The notes: generated by a model from the letters alone, not told the origin. Shown: positions 47,155 to 56,982, counted from the stretch's first letter. The stretch: 64,000 nucleotides of DNA from an uncultured Gemmatimonadaceae bacterium (GCA_963740355.1 CAVUDW010000004.1:26280-90279), one strand, 5' to 3'. Numbers and translations: made by a program.

Positions 47155-48239
47155 TCGATGTCGCTCGTGCTCAGGCGGCGCGGGTCAGACATCGCAATCA
47201 GCGAACGCGCGAGCAGGTCCGCCCAGGAAAGAGCCTGCAAGCGCCTCGGCCATGGGTCCTCGGCGTCATCCAGCAGGCCGTGTCCCGCGTATCGAGGCTT
47301 CCCATATGTGAGCAGCGCCAACCGACTGCGGAACCGTAACCCTTCAGCGGGTTCCAGCGGCGCATCGAGCGAGACGCCCTCAGGTGCGAACACAGTTGCC
47401 GCCACAGCTGGCACGGCGCGAAAGCAGTGAATGCCGCTGGTCAATCGGGGATTGCACTCGATGGCGCGCACACCTTTCGCACCGTCGATGAAGTCGAATG
47501 CGAACTGCCCGCTCAGGCCGTGAAACGCCACGAACTTCTCGACCCATTGCCGCACTGCCATGTGTCGCACAGACCGGAACGCGATCGCCGCTCCACGCGG
47601 GCCCGCCGTTTCATCAACGGCGTACGTCGTGTGCGCCAGAAGCCTGCCATGCCGGGCGCTGCTCCACGTGCAGAGAGCTGCGCCTGCGAGGAACTCCTGC
47701 GCCATCCACTGTGACGCCTCACTGTCGGGAATCGGTGGCAGTGCCTCGTTGCTCTGCCAGGTGCGCACGCGCGTCGCGAAGCGCGAGAACCTGGGCTTGA
47801 GGATGTACGGGCCGGCCTGGAGTGACCGCAGATCGTTCGTCCGATCGAACAGGTGGCTTCGCGGCGGGTGCAATCCCGCTGCCGTGCAGCTTTCCACGAA
47901 GCGCCATTTGTCGTGCAGGGGTGCCAATCGCGCGCGGGGTTCGCACGCAACCGGGATGTCGAGCTGGTCCCGAATGGCCGCGAGGTGAAATACCTCCTCG
48001 CAAGTGGGGACGATCACGTCGAACCGGTGGCGGCGGGTCAGGCGATTGAGCGCGGTCGCGTAGGCCGTATGACCATCACGTGGGGCCGGGAGAGTGTGCG
48101 ACGCCGCGATCAACCGCGAGCCGCGACAGATATGCCACGCGCCGGTGTCCGCAACGTGCACCTCGAACCCAGCGCGCGCGCCAAGCCGGGCCAGTTCGAG
48201 GGTCGCAGGCGCCCGTGCGCCCGTCAGCAGGACTCGCAT
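47139..48239 (-). CDS. ATP-grasp domain protein (carboxylate-amine ligase-like)
   Basis: The N-terminus from the ATG at 48239 ([31 protein letters not shown]) looks like a pre-ATP-grasp domain. Also present are [20 protein letters not shown] and FAFDFI...[10 protein letters not shown], typical of the ATP-grasp C-terminal lobe. Confidence 0.75.
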   Translation of the reverse strand: MRVLLTGARAPATLELARLGARAGFEVHVADTGAWHICRGSRLIAASHTLPAPRDGHTAYATALNRLTRRHRFDVIVPTCEEVFHLAAIRDQLDIPVACEPRARLAPLHDKWRFVESCTAAGLHPPRSHLFDRTNDLRSLQAGPYILKPRFSRFATRVRTWQSNEALPPIPDSEASQWMAQEFLAGAALCTWSSARHGRLLAHTTYAVDETAGPRGAAIAFRSVRHMAVRQWVEKFVAFHGLSGQFAFDFIDGAKGVRAIECNPRLTSGIHCFRAVPAVAATVFAPEGVSLDAPLEPAEGLRFRSRLALLTYGKPRYAGHGLLDDAEDPWPRRLQALSWADLLARSLIAMSDPRRLSTSDIEWNGE

Positions 48240-48324
48240 CGCTCCATTGCAGCACAAACTCCACTGTCGGAACGCTCCCGTCTACTGTCGCCTCTTGTGG
48301 GGGCGGCCGCTACTTTCCGCCCAC

Positions 48325-49860
48325 ATGTCCATGACTGAGAAACTCGACCTCCTCGAGCGCCGTCGCGCCGAGGCTGAACTTGGCGGCGGCGCCGCGCGCC
48401 TCGCAGCCCAACACGACAAGGGCAAGCTCTCCGCACGTGAGCGCCTGGATATCCTGCTCGACGAAGGATCGTTCGTCGAAATCGACAAGTTCGTGACCGC
48501 GCGAGCTGACGCCGGTGGTGTGTACGGCGACGGCGTGGTGACGGGCTACGGTCGGATCGAGGGCCGATTGGTCTATGTCTTCTCGCAGGACTTCACCGTC
48601 CTCGGCGGGTCACTGGCCGAGGCGCATGCAAAGAAGATCTGCAAGATCATGGATCACGCGGTGCGCAATGGCGCACCGGTCATCGGCTTGAACGACAGCG
48701 GCGGCGCGCGGATTCAGGAAGGCGTCGTGGCACTTGGTGCGTATGCCGACATTTTCCTCCGGAATACGCTCGCCAGCGGAGTCGTACCACAGATCTCTGC
48801 CATCCTCGGCCCCTGCGCCGGTGGCGCGGTCTATTCGCCTGCGATCACCGATTTCATCTACATGGTGCGGGGGACGAGCTACATGTTCGTGACCGGCCCC
48901 AATGTCGTGAAGACCGTCACGCACGAAGATGTCACGATGGAGGAGCTGGGCGGCGCTGATACGCACGCCGGAACATCCGGTGTGGCACACTTCGCCTGTG
49001 ACTCCGAGATCGCCTGCCTGACGCAGATTCGTGAACTGTTCCGCTTCGTGCCGTCGAACAACCTCGCTGACGCGCCTCGTGGGACCGGCACCGATCCGCG
49101 TGACCGGCGCGACGAAGCCCTGCTCGATGTCGTGCCAGAAAATCCGAACAAGCCCTACGACATGCACGACGTCATCCGCCGGATCGTGGATGATGGGGAG
49201 TTCTACGAAGTGCATCGGGACTATGCACAGAACATCATCTGTGGCTTCGCACATCTTGGTGGTGCTAGTGTTGGCATCGTCGCCAACCAGCCCGCCGTGC
49301 TGGCGGGCGTGCTGGACATCTCGGCCTCGATGAAGGGCGCGCGGTTCATCCGCTTTTGCGATGCCTTCAACATCCCGATCGTGACCTTCGAGGACGTGCC
49401 TGGCTTCCTGCCCGGTGTCGCGCAGGAACACGGAGGCATCATCCGCCACGGTGCCAAGCTCCTCTACGCGTACTGCGAGGCCACGGTCCCCAAGCTGACG
49501 GTCATCACCCGCAAGGCGTACGGCGGCGCGTACGACGTCATGAGTTCAAAGCACATTCGCGGCGACTTCAATGTCGCGTGGCCAACGGCCGAAATCGCGG
49601 TGATGGGCCCGAAGGGTGCGGTGGAAATCATCTACAAGCGTGAGATCGCCGAGGCGCCAGATCCCGTCGAGGCCACCGACGCCAAGGTCGAGGAGTACCG
49701 CCAGCAATTCGCAAACCCGTACATGGCGGCGGCCTGGGGATACGTCGACGACATCATCGACCCGCGGGACACCCGCCCGCGACTGATCGATGCCCTCGAG
49801 ACCCTTGCAGGAAAGCGTGACCGGAACCCCGCCAAGAAGCACGGAAATATCCCGCTCTAA
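48325..49860 (+). CDS. pccB: acyl-CoA carboxylase carboxyltransferase (beta) subunit (propionyl/methylmalonyl-CoA type)
   Basis: 511 aa from the ATG at 48325 ([22 protein letters not shown]), with [25 protein letters not shown] and [11 protein letters not shown]. Confidence 0.93.
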   Translation: MSMTEKLDLLERRRAEAELGGGAARLAAQHDKGKLSARERLDILLDEGSFVEIDKFVTARADAGGVYGDGVVTGYGRIEGRLVYVFSQDFTVLGGSLAEAHAKKICKIMDHAVRNGAPVIGLNDSGGARIQEGVVALGAYADIFLRNTLASGVVPQISAILGPCAGGAVYSPAITDFIYMVRGTSYMFVTGPNVVKTVTHEDVTMEELGGADTHAGTSGVAHFACDSEIACLTQIRELFRFVPSNNLADAPRGTGTDPRDRRDEALLDVVPENPNKPYDMHDVIRRIVDDGEFYEVHRDYAQNIICGFAHLGGASVGIVANQPAVLAGVLDISASMKGARFIRFCDAFNIPIVTFEDVPGFLPGVAQEHGGIIRHGAKLLYAYCEATVPKLTVITRKAYGGAYDVMSSKHIRGDFNVAWPTAEIAVMGPKGAVEIIYKREIAEAPDPVEATDAKVEEYRQQFANPYMAAAWGYVDDIIDPRDTRPRLIDALETLAGKRDRNPAKKHGNIPL

Positions 49861-49873
49861 ACAGTCGTTTGTT

Positions 49874-49944
49874 CGAGCTCGGCTTTTGTTGTGTCGCGAC
49901 AACTGTCCCATTGACGAGCTCTGCTGTTGCATCGTCGCGACGCC
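49874..49944. repeat. imperfect direct repeat, 41-bp period, each copy ending in a GTCGCGAC palindrome
   Basis: Copy A at 49874-49903 and copy B at 49915-49944 share 22 of 30 positions by hand alignment. Both start CGAGCTC and contain 10-bp palindromes, TGTCGCGACA (49892-49901) and CGTCGCGACG (49933-49942). Confidence 0.7.
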
Positions 49945-50121
49945 CGATCGAGCCGTTGATTCGTCACAGATTTCTGGTGTCAGGCTTCATTGCCTCGTAA
50001 GTCGTTGTCTGGCAAGGGAATAACCTCGCGCCCTTAATCGGACTCTGCCATTGGTCCGTGTCGTGCCTTGGAGGGTGGTGTGCCGCGGTCGGGACCGCTG
50101 CCACCACCCTCTTCGACTTTC

Positions 50122-50826
50122 ATGCGCAAACTGTTTGCTGTCGCCTTCGCTGCCGCCATGTTCGGCGCACCCTTCGCCGCCGGCGCCCAGCTCATGCTGC
50201 CCGTCAACGTGACGAATACGCGTGTCACGGCTACCACCGGCAACGTCGCCTTCAGCTCGTTCTTCGTCGGTTCTGGTCCGCTGACCGTCGGTCCGCACGA
50301 CGGCAGTTTCGACATGCTGAGCAGCTCCATCCAGCAGGTGATTTGCGTCGACCTGTATCACTCGCTGCGCAACGGTGAGGCCTACTTCGCCGACATTACG
50401 CTCCTCACCAGTTCCGCCAGCGACATCGCGTCGCTGACCCGTCAGGGCCAGCTGCTCGGCGGTACGGCCGGCTTCTCCAAGTATCTGCAGATGGCCTGGC
50501 TGGCCGAGAAGTTCAGCACGCAGTCCACCAGCGAATGGGCGGGCATCCAGGGGGCGATCTGGAACCTGCAGTCGACCGGCAATCCGGATGCGGCCAGCAA
50601 CGCCAACGTCCAGTTCTGGCTCACCCAGGTAATGCAGGCTGACCTGTCATCCGTCGACCGGAACAGCTGGGCTGTTGTCACGAATGTCGAGGTGAATGGC
50701 GGGTACGGTGGCACGCAGGAATTCCTCGTGCGCACGAACGTCGTGCCTGAGCCCTCGAGCTGGGTCCTGATGCTGACCGGCTTCGGCGCGATGCTGGTCA
50801 TCGCCCGCCGCCGACGCGCGGCCTGA
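50122..50826 (+). CDS. PEP-CTERM sorting-domain secreted protein
   Basis: It has a signal peptide from the ATG at 50122 (MRKLFAVAFAAAMFGAPFAAGAQ). The C-terminus is VPEPSSWVLMLTGFGAMLVIARRRRAA. The mature region is unrelated to that of the first PEP-CTERM protein. Confidence 0.8.
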   Translation: MRKLFAVAFAAAMFGAPFAAGAQLMLPVNVTNTRVTATTGNVAFSSFFVGSGPLTVGPHDGSFDMLSSSIQQVICVDLYHSLRNGEAYFADITLLTSSASDIASLTRQGQLLGGTAGFSKYLQMAWLAEKFSTQSTSEWAGIQGAIWNLQSTGNPDAASNANVQFWLTQVMQADLSSVDRNSWAVVTNVEVNGGYGGTQEFLVRTNVVPEPSSWVLMLTGFGAMLVIARRRRAA

Positions 50827-50956
50827 GACCGGCCTGGCGACCGATCCAACCGGTAGAGATCGAGATCGAGGGACAAACTCCGGCCCTCGGGCGCTAAGTT
50901 GACTCTCTCGATCCGACGCCGGACTCCGGCGTAAGTCCTCTTCGACTGCCGCGCCT

Positions 50957-52471
50957 GTGTTTTCCAAGTTGCTCGTCGCCAATCGTGGCGAGATCGCTCT
51001 TCGCGTCATCCGCGCCTGTCGTGAACTGGGGGTGCGCAGTGTCGCGGTGTACAGCGACGCTGATGCCACCGCACCGCACGTCCGCGAGGCGGATGAAGCG
51101 GTGAACATCGGTCCCGCTCCCGCCGCCCAGAGCTATCTGCTCGGCGATCGGATCCTTGACGCGGCCCGACAGACCGGCGCCGAGGCGATTCATCCGGGCT
51201 ACGGATTCCTCTCCGAACGCGAATGGTTCGCTCGCGCCGTGAGGGACGCCGGGCTGGTGTGGGTCGGACCTCCTGCGGAAGCGATTGGTGCCATGGGCAG
51301 CAAGACGGCCGCGCGGACACTGGCCGTTGCCGCAGGTGTGCCCGTCGTGCCTGGCACGACGACCGCGTTGCGTGACGCGGATGAAGCGCTGGTGGTCGCG
51401 AAGCAGTTCGGCTTTCCGGTGCTGCTGAAAGCCGCAGCCGGCGGTGGCGGCAAGGGCATGCGTGTCGTACGACAGGCCGATGAACTCGAAGCCGCGCTCG
51501 CCTCTGCGCAACGTGAAGCGCTGAATGCGTTCGGCGATGACGCCGTATACGTCGAGAAATACATCGAGGGCCCGCGTCACATCGAGATTCAGGTGCTCGG
51601 TGACACGCATGGCACGATGCTTCACCTGGGCGAGCGGGAATGCTCGGTGCAGCGCCGTCACCAGAAGATGATCGAGGAAGCGCCGAGTGTCGCCGTGACG
51701 CCAGAGCTGCGGGCGAAAATGGGCGCCACCGCCGTGGCTGCCGCACGTGCCGCTGGGTATGTGAATGCCGGCACCTGCGAATTCCTCCTCGATCGGCACG
51801 GCAACTATTACTTCCTGGAGATGAACACGCGCATCCAGGTCGAGCATCCGGTCACGGAGCTCGTGACGGGCATCGACCTCGTGCAATGGCAAATTCGCAT
51901 CGCCGCCGGCGATCGTCTTCCGTTCGTGCAGGAGTTGATCTCGCCACGCGGATGGGCCATCGAGTGCCGCATCACGAGCGAAGACTTCCAGAACGGATTC
52001 CTGCCCTCCACCGGACGCATCACGTCGATGCAGATCCCCTCCGGTCCCGGTGTGCGTTGGGACGGCGGTGTCGAGGTGGGCAGCGAGATCGGCCTGTTCT
52101 ACGATCCGATGCTGGCGAAGCTGATCGTGTACGCCGCCACACGTGACGCCGCCATCGCGCGCATGCACCGTGCATTGCTCGAACTGGAGATAGAAGGCGT
52201 CGAGACCTCGCGCGAATTCCATCTTCGCATGATGGAGGACGAGGAATTCCGCCGCGGTGACATCACCATTCAATGGTTGGAAGCAAAATTGCCTGAGTTG
52301 AGCGCGGTGAAGCCGCCAGCGGACGACGTGCGCGCGGCGGTGATCGCGGCCGCACTGATGGCCGAGCGTGACCGCAACACCGTGCGACCCTCCGCAGTGC
52401 AGGGCACGCACGTCGAACCGATGTCGGCGTGGCAACGCGCCGCGCGCAGCGAAGGATTGCGGGGCGCATGA
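50957..52471 (+). CDS. accC: biotin carboxylase subunit of acetyl/propionyl-CoA carboxylase
   Basis: 504 aa with FSKLLVANRGEIALRVIRA, KAAAGGGGKGMR and EMNTRIQVEHPVTE. It has a GTG start. Confidence 0.95.
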   Translation: MFSKLLVANRGEIALRVIRACRELGVRSVAVYSDADATAPHVREADEAVNIGPAPAAQSYLLGDRILDAARQTGAEAIHPGYGFLSEREWFARAVRDAGLVWVGPPAEAIGAMGSKTAARTLAVAAGVPVVPGTTTALRDADEALVVAKQFGFPVLLKAAAGGGGKGMRVVRQADELEAALASAQREALNAFGDDAVYVEKYIEGPRHIEIQVLGDTHGTMLHLGERECSVQRRHQKMIEEAPSVAVTPELRAKMGATAVAAARAAGYVNAGTCEFLLDRHGNYYFLEMNTRIQVEHPVTELVTGIDLVQWQIRIAAGDRLPFVQELISPRGWAIECRITSEDFQNGFLPSTGRITSMQIPSGPGVRWDGGVEVGSEIGLFYDPMLAKLIVYAATRDAAIARMHRALLELEIEGVETSREFHLRMMEDEEFRRGDITIQWLEAKLPELSAVKPPADDVRAAVIAAALMAERDRNTVRPSAVQGTHVEPMSAWQRAARSEGLRGA

Positions 52472-53724
52472 GCGAAACCGCGACCGTGACGATCGAGCGC
52501 ATCGCAGCTGGTGGTGATGGTGTCGCACGGCACGACGGCATGGTGGTGTTCGTACCGCGCGCCATTCCTGGTGATGTCGTCTCCGTCTCGCTGATCCGGC
52601 AACGTACCTTCGCCCGTGGCAAGATCCTGTCGCAGGTGACGGTCTCCCCCGATCGCGAGCCGGCGCCCTGCCAGCATTACGACGGCGACCGATGTGGTGG
52701 ATGCCAATTGCAAGGCATCAAGTATCCGTCACAGCTGGCGATCAAGGGCGAGCTGATTCGTGACGCGCTGGTCCGCATCGGCAAGCAGTCCGTGGACGCC
52801 GTCGAGGTCGTGCCGAGCTCGGATCCCTGGCACTATCGCAACACGCTGACGTTGGCACTGCAGCGCGATCGACTCCGTCCGAGCGGCTGGCTGGCGGGAA
52901 TGCATGTCGCCGGTGAGGGCACGCAACTCTTCGAGCTGAAGGACTGCCTGCTTGCGATGCCCGAAGTGATGGACGGCTGGCGCCACCTGATGATCGCCAG
53001 TGAACACCTGCCGCGCGCCGTTGCCTTGCGAGTCACGATCCGGTTGCTGGCAGCGGGCGGGCTCGCCCTGACCGTGGAAGGCGGCACGCAGTGGAAGCAG
53101 CCTGCGATTGATGCCATCGTGGCGAGTGTACCGGCCATCCATGCGATCTGGTGGGTGCGTGAGGATGAAGTCCGTGCCATGCGATTCGACCGGCGTACCG
53201 TGCAGGAAGCCGGCGCCAGCTTCGCGCAGGTCAATCCGCGCGTAGCCGAGTTGCTTCGCGAGTATGTGGTGACGCAGGTCGAGAGCCTCGCTCCCGATGC
53301 CGTGGTCGATGCCTACGCCGGGAGCGGTGCGCTCGCGGCTCGACTGCTGCGCGCCGGTCGTCGAGTGACGGCGATTGAACTCGATCAGGAAGCCTCGGCA
53401 GTCGCCGGCGCGGCCCTGCGTGAGGATCCGCTGTCTCGGGTGTTGACCGGACGTGTCGAGCACCTGCTGCCACACGCCCTGCCGGCATCGGTCGTGGTGC
53501 TCAATCCTCCGCGCGCGGGCGTCGATGCAACCGTTCCCCCGATGATCGCCGCAGCGACCGCGGGTGTGCAGCGTGTGGTTTACGTCAGTTGCGACCCGGC
53601 AACCCTGGCCCGTGACATCGCGCGTCTCGGCGCTGGGTGGCGCGTGACTGCGGTGAAGGCGTTCGACATGTTTCCACAGACATCGCATGTCGAGACGGTC
53701 TGCACGATCGACAGGGAGGACTGA
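52468..53724 (+). CDS. rlmD: 23S rRNA (uracil-C5)-methyltransferase, RlmD/RumA family
   Basis: It has an N-terminal TRAM-like domain (IERIAAGGDGVARHDGMVVFVPRAIPGDVV), a Cys cluster (CQHYDGDRCGGCQLQ), SAM motifs (DAYAGSGALA) and C-terminal VYVSCDPATLARD. The ATG at 52468 overlaps the accC stop (ATGA). Confidence 0.88.
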   Translation: MSETATVTIERIAAGGDGVARHDGMVVFVPRAIPGDVVSVSLIRQRTFARGKILSQVTVSPDREPAPCQHYDGDRCGGCQLQGIKYPSQLAIKGELIRDALVRIGKQSVDAVEVVPSSDPWHYRNTLTLALQRDRLRPSGWLAGMHVAGEGTQLFELKDCLLAMPEVMDGWRHLMIASEHLPRAVALRVTIRLLAAGGLALTVEGGTQWKQPAIDAIVASVPAIHAIWWVREDEVRAMRFDRRTVQEAGASFAQVNPRVAELLREYVVTQVESLAPDAVVDAYAGSGALAARLLRAGRRVTAIELDQEASAVAGAALREDPLSRVLTGRVEHLLPHALPASVVVLNPPRAGVDATVPPMIAAATAGVQRVVYVSCDPATLARDIARLGAGWRVTAVKAFDMFPQTSHVETVCTIDRED

Positions 53725-54224
53725 TGAAATACATCGTCGAAACGGAAGGCACACGCTTCGAAGTCGAAGTCGGCCCTGACGGAATCAGCATCGACGGAGT
53801 TCCCGTGCAAGCCAACTTGACGGACGTGCCCGGATCACCGGTGCGTCAGGTGACGATCGGCAGCGCCGTGCATCGCGTGGTGGCGCGGCGCGGCGACTCT
53901 CGTGGCAAGTACACGGTGTTGCTCAACGGACATCGCCATGTGATCGAGGCGCTGGACACACGTACTCGCGCCATTCGAGACCTTGCTGCCGCCACTGGCG
54001 GTGTGGTCGGTCCGGCGCCGCTGGTGGCCCCAATGCCGGGAATGATCGTACGCGTCTCGGTCGCCCCTGGCGATGTCGTCGTCGCCGGGCAGGGCCTGAT
54101 CGTGATGGAAGCAATGAAGATGGAAAACGAATTGCGCGCTGCGGGCCCGGGCACCGTCACCGCAGTGCGAGTGATCGCCGGCACGGCCGTACAGAAAGGC
54201 GCGATCCTCGTCGAACTGGCCTGA
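53724..54224 (+). CDS. biotin carboxyl carrier / biotin-lipoyl attachment protein
   Basis: 166 aa from the ATG at 53724, with GGGAGG upstream and a TGATG overlap with rlmD. The C-terminal biotinyl domain carries the EAMKMEN biotinylation motif. Confidence 0.88.
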   Translation: MKYIVETEGTRFEVEVGPDGISIDGVPVQANLTDVPGSPVRQVTIGSAVHRVVARRGDSRGKYTVLLNGHRHVIEALDTRTRAIRDLAAATGGVVGPAPLVAPMPGMIVRVSVAPGDVVVAGQGLIVMEAMKMENELRAAGPGTVTAVRVIAGTAVQKGAILVELA

Positions 54225-54228
54225 TCGC

Positions 54229-54263
54229 CTGCACGACAGCGTCGGCTGTCGTGCAGCCTTTTC
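54229..54263 (+). terminator. rho-independent terminator after the BCCP gene
   Basis: CTGCACGACAGC (54229-54240) pairs perfectly with GCTGTCGTGCAG (54245-54256) around loop GTCG, followed by CCTTTTC. A second hairpin, GCGCCTG/CAGGCGC at 54267-54286, faces the convergent gene. Confidence 0.75.
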
Positions 54264-54295
54264 AGCGCGCCTGTAGGATCAGGCGCCTGCGCGCA

Positions 54296-56851
54296 CTACC
54301 GTCCGAACCAATAGCTGGCTTTCACCAGGAAGACGTTCTGCGGATGCTGCGCGAACAGGTCACTCCATCCTGGCTGTACGCCGAAGTCGGTCGGTCCGCC
54401 AGTGAATGCGTCACGCCCCTGCGTCCAGACGAAGAACAACACTGACCCTGGGCGATATTCCCACCGCACCACGTTATTCGTGCGCAGCTGGCCGAAGCGG
54501 AAGCCTTCTGGCGCGCCGCGCGCCGTGTATGGACGGAAGCGCAATGCCGGATCCTTGGCGCGTCCATCGTTCAGCGCACGCCAGTCGGTGTACTGCCCGA
54601 CGCTCACGAACGGCTGCAGATAACTCTCGACGCTCAACCGCGGCGTGATGGTGTAGTTGAGGCGGAACGTGACGGAACTGGTGGACTGGTATAGCCGTGC
54701 GAAGGTGTACGACGTCGCGGTTGACCCCGAGTCGACAAAGTTTCCCAGCCACTGCTGGTCATCGATGTTGCGACCGTAACCGAAATTCACGCTGCCGTTC
54801 AGTTGCCCACCGACGCGGAACTGCGCGCCGACGCCGAGATCCCAGTTGCTGCCCCGGCCGTCGAGGCGACGGCCACCGAAGGCATTGAAGCTTGGCGCGA
54901 TCGCCTTGCGGCTGTCGCCATCGGTGCCCATCCACATCTGGATCCGGCGCGGCCGGTACACCGCCGGGCCACCACGCGCATCCCGATCACTGTACGTCGC
55001 GAACACGTTGTTGATGCCGGTGCCCATATAGGCACTCCAGAAATTCTTGAACTGTCCGTTGCCGTTGATGTTGCCACCATTGCCGATCGACAGGCCGCCG
55101 GTGTTCCAGGTCGAGAACCCGTTGAAGTTCAGCGAGCCGCGACGGAAGATGCCGAACGGTTTCGTCGGCCGGATGCCCAGCCACGCCGACGTTCCCATCT
55201 CATCGGCGCGCGTCCGGAAGCCCAGGTCGTTGATCTCGAATCCTGGCGTCATGTACCACACACTGGTGTTGAAGCGCGTGATGCCGCCGCCCTGCTTGTC
55301 GAGCGACATCTGCGCCATGCTGCCGGCCATCGACGTGCGTGTGCTGTCATACGTCAGGTGCGATGCATCCGCACGCTGGTAGAGATGGACGTTCGACGTC
55401 TGTGTCAGCGCGATCGCCTCGGGAGTTCCGGTGACCCGACTCCCCGCCAACTGGGCCGAGAACTGGAATCGATTGCCGCCGAAACGGTGGCGTGCATCGA
55501 GCCCGCCAGTCCATGCATCTCCCCGCAACACGTCGCGCGTCCATTCGTCGTTGCGACGTGTGGTGTTCGTCACCATGAGGCCGATTCCCGAGTTGCCGCC
55601 GTGCAAGTCCTGCTGCAGCCGCACCACCCCGTAGTTGGTCATCGGCTCGATCGTGCGCGCCTGTGTGCCTTGCACCCGATTCGTCACAGCGTCGAGCAAC
55701 CCGATCGACAAGCCGTTGCCGAGCCGACCCGTGACCTTCGCGGCGCCGAGAATCGACGATTGCTGGGGTGACGCGGCGTCGCCGTACGCACCACCGAGTT
55801 GTGGCGACCGACCGATGCGACGTGAATAGAACAGGCCGGTGCAGTCACCATCGTTGCAGTCGATGTCGTAGCGGAAGATGCCGCTACCCTCGAGAAAGAA
55901 CGGGCGGCGTTCCGCGTAGAACTGTTCGAACGCGCTCAGGTTGAGCACCCCCGGATCGGCTTCGACCTGGCCGAAGTCCGGATTGATCGCGGCATCGAGC
56001 GTCACGTTCGATGTCAGGCCCAGCTTCAGGTCGGCGCCGAACTGCGTCGCGCCAGCGCTGCGCGGCGTCCCATCGCCGAGCGGCTTGTAGCCATAACGTG
56101 CCACGCTGTACGGCATCAGTTCGACACGGCGCGGCGCGGAGAGCCCGAGAAATCCGGGGACATCCGCCCACTGGCTCACCGAGCCGGTCTTCGAGCGCCG
56201 GATCAGCGGCCAGGCGATGCGTTCACCCCGGCGCGCCACGCGACGCGTGATGAACACGCCCATCGTGTTCTCACCGCTCGGCACGTAGCGAAGCTGGCTC
56301 AGGGGAATCTTGAACTCGGCGATCCAGCCCAGGGAGTCCACCCGAGCGGCGCCCTGCCACACGGCATTCCAGCCCCAGTCTTCCTCGCCGTCGTTGAACA
56401 TGTAGCCGTCCGCCATGGCGCCGGCGGCAGTGAGGCGGAACATGTAGCCCGTTCGCTTGTCGTGATACGAATCGACGCCGACGATGATGTCGTCGGAGAG
56501 CGAGAACCCGTCGCGGCGCTGGAGCACGGACAGGATGCTGTCAGGGCGCGGGTCGAAGCTGCGGACGAGGACGTACAGATTGCGGGCGTCATACGCGAGC
56601 CGGGCCTCGGTCCGGACGGTGGGCTCGCCGTCCTCCGTCGGATCGAAGACTCGGAAGTCGTTGATGGCTGGCGTCCCGCGCCACATCGCATCGTCGTCAC
56701 GGCCGTCGATCACCGGGGCTCGCTGGGTACGGGACGGGCGATATTTTGGCGCCTCGGCGGGCAGCGTCGACCGGCGTGGGGCCGGGTCCACCATGGGCGG
56801 CGACGCCGGCGTTGCGAGGGCGATCTGGAGCAGGAGGGCGGGGAGCAGCAT
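54296..56851 (-). CDS. large secreted/outer-membrane protein, CBM9/DOMON-like N-domain plus DUF5916-like beta-rich domain
   Basis: 851 aa with an N-terminal signal (MLLPALLLQIALATPA). APVIDGRDDDAMWRGTPAINDF...ARLAYDARNLYVLV resembles carbohydrate-binding family 9 modules. The remainder is G/N/T/S-rich with a terminal ...VKASYWFGR. Confidence 0.72.
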   Translation of the reverse strand: MLLPALLLQIALATPASPPMVDPAPRRSTLPAEAPKYRPSRTQRAPVIDGRDDDAMWRGTPAINDFRVFDPTEDGEPTVRTEARLAYDARNLYVLVRSFDPRPDSILSVLQRRDGFSLSDDIIVGVDSYHDKRTGYMFRLTAAGAMADGYMFNDGEEDWGWNAVWQGAARVDSLGWIAEFKIPLSQLRYVPSGENTMGVFITRRVARRGERIAWPLIRRSKTGSVSQWADVPGFLGLSAPRRVELMPYSVARYGYKPLGDGTPRSAGATQFGADLKLGLTSNVTLDAAINPDFGQVEADPGVLNLSAFEQFYAERRPFFLEGSGIFRYDIDCNDGDCTGLFYSRRIGRSPQLGGAYGDAASPQQSSILGAAKVTGRLGNGLSIGLLDAVTNRVQGTQARTIEPMTNYGVVRLQQDLHGGNSGIGLMVTNTTRRNDEWTRDVLRGDAWTGGLDARHRFGGNRFQFSAQLAGSRVTGTPEAIALTQTSNVHLYQRADASHLTYDSTRTSMAGSMAQMSLDKQGGGITRFNTSVWYMTPGFEINDLGFRTRADEMGTSAWLGIRPTKPFGIFRRGSLNFNGFSTWNTGGLSIGNGGNINGNGQFKNFWSAYMGTGINNVFATYSDRDARGGPAVYRPRRIQMWMGTDGDSRKAIAPSFNAFGGRRLDGRGSNWDLGVGAQFRVGGQLNGSVNFGYGRNIDDQQWLGNFVDSGSTATSYTFARLYQSTSSVTFRLNYTITPRLSVESYLQPFVSVGQYTDWRALNDGRAKDPALRFRPYTARGAPEGFRFGQLRTNNVVRWEYRPGSVLFFVWTQGRDAFTGGPTDFGVQPGWSDLFAQHPQNVFLVKASYWFGR

Positions 56852-56982
56852 CGTCGGGACGGCGAAGAGGGGGAGGTGCCGAGATGCGGCACGGCTCTTG
56901 GAGTCACCGTACGTCCGGACGGTTGCCGAAGGTTTCGTCGGGTCCGCTTCCGTCTCCCGGCGGCCCGTCCTAACCCGTTGTG

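Noticed and set aside
45512-48257. A graspetide (microviridin-like RiPP) cluster as the explanation for the ATP-grasp + GNAT pair
   Set aside because: No short precursor-peptide ORF or transporter is evident nearby. The ATP-grasp has a Rossmann-like pre-ATP-grasp N-terminus. The acyltransferase looks FemAB-like, at 361 aa, rather than a small N-acetyltransferase. I cannot exclude this without HMM searches.
50894-52528. Antisense ORFs opposite accC, rlmD, tsf/pyrH and cdsA: 50894..52528, 52729..53754, 59669..60760 and 62093..62908
   Set aside because: They lie opposite strongly supported genes and carry no motifs. They are treated as GC artefacts.
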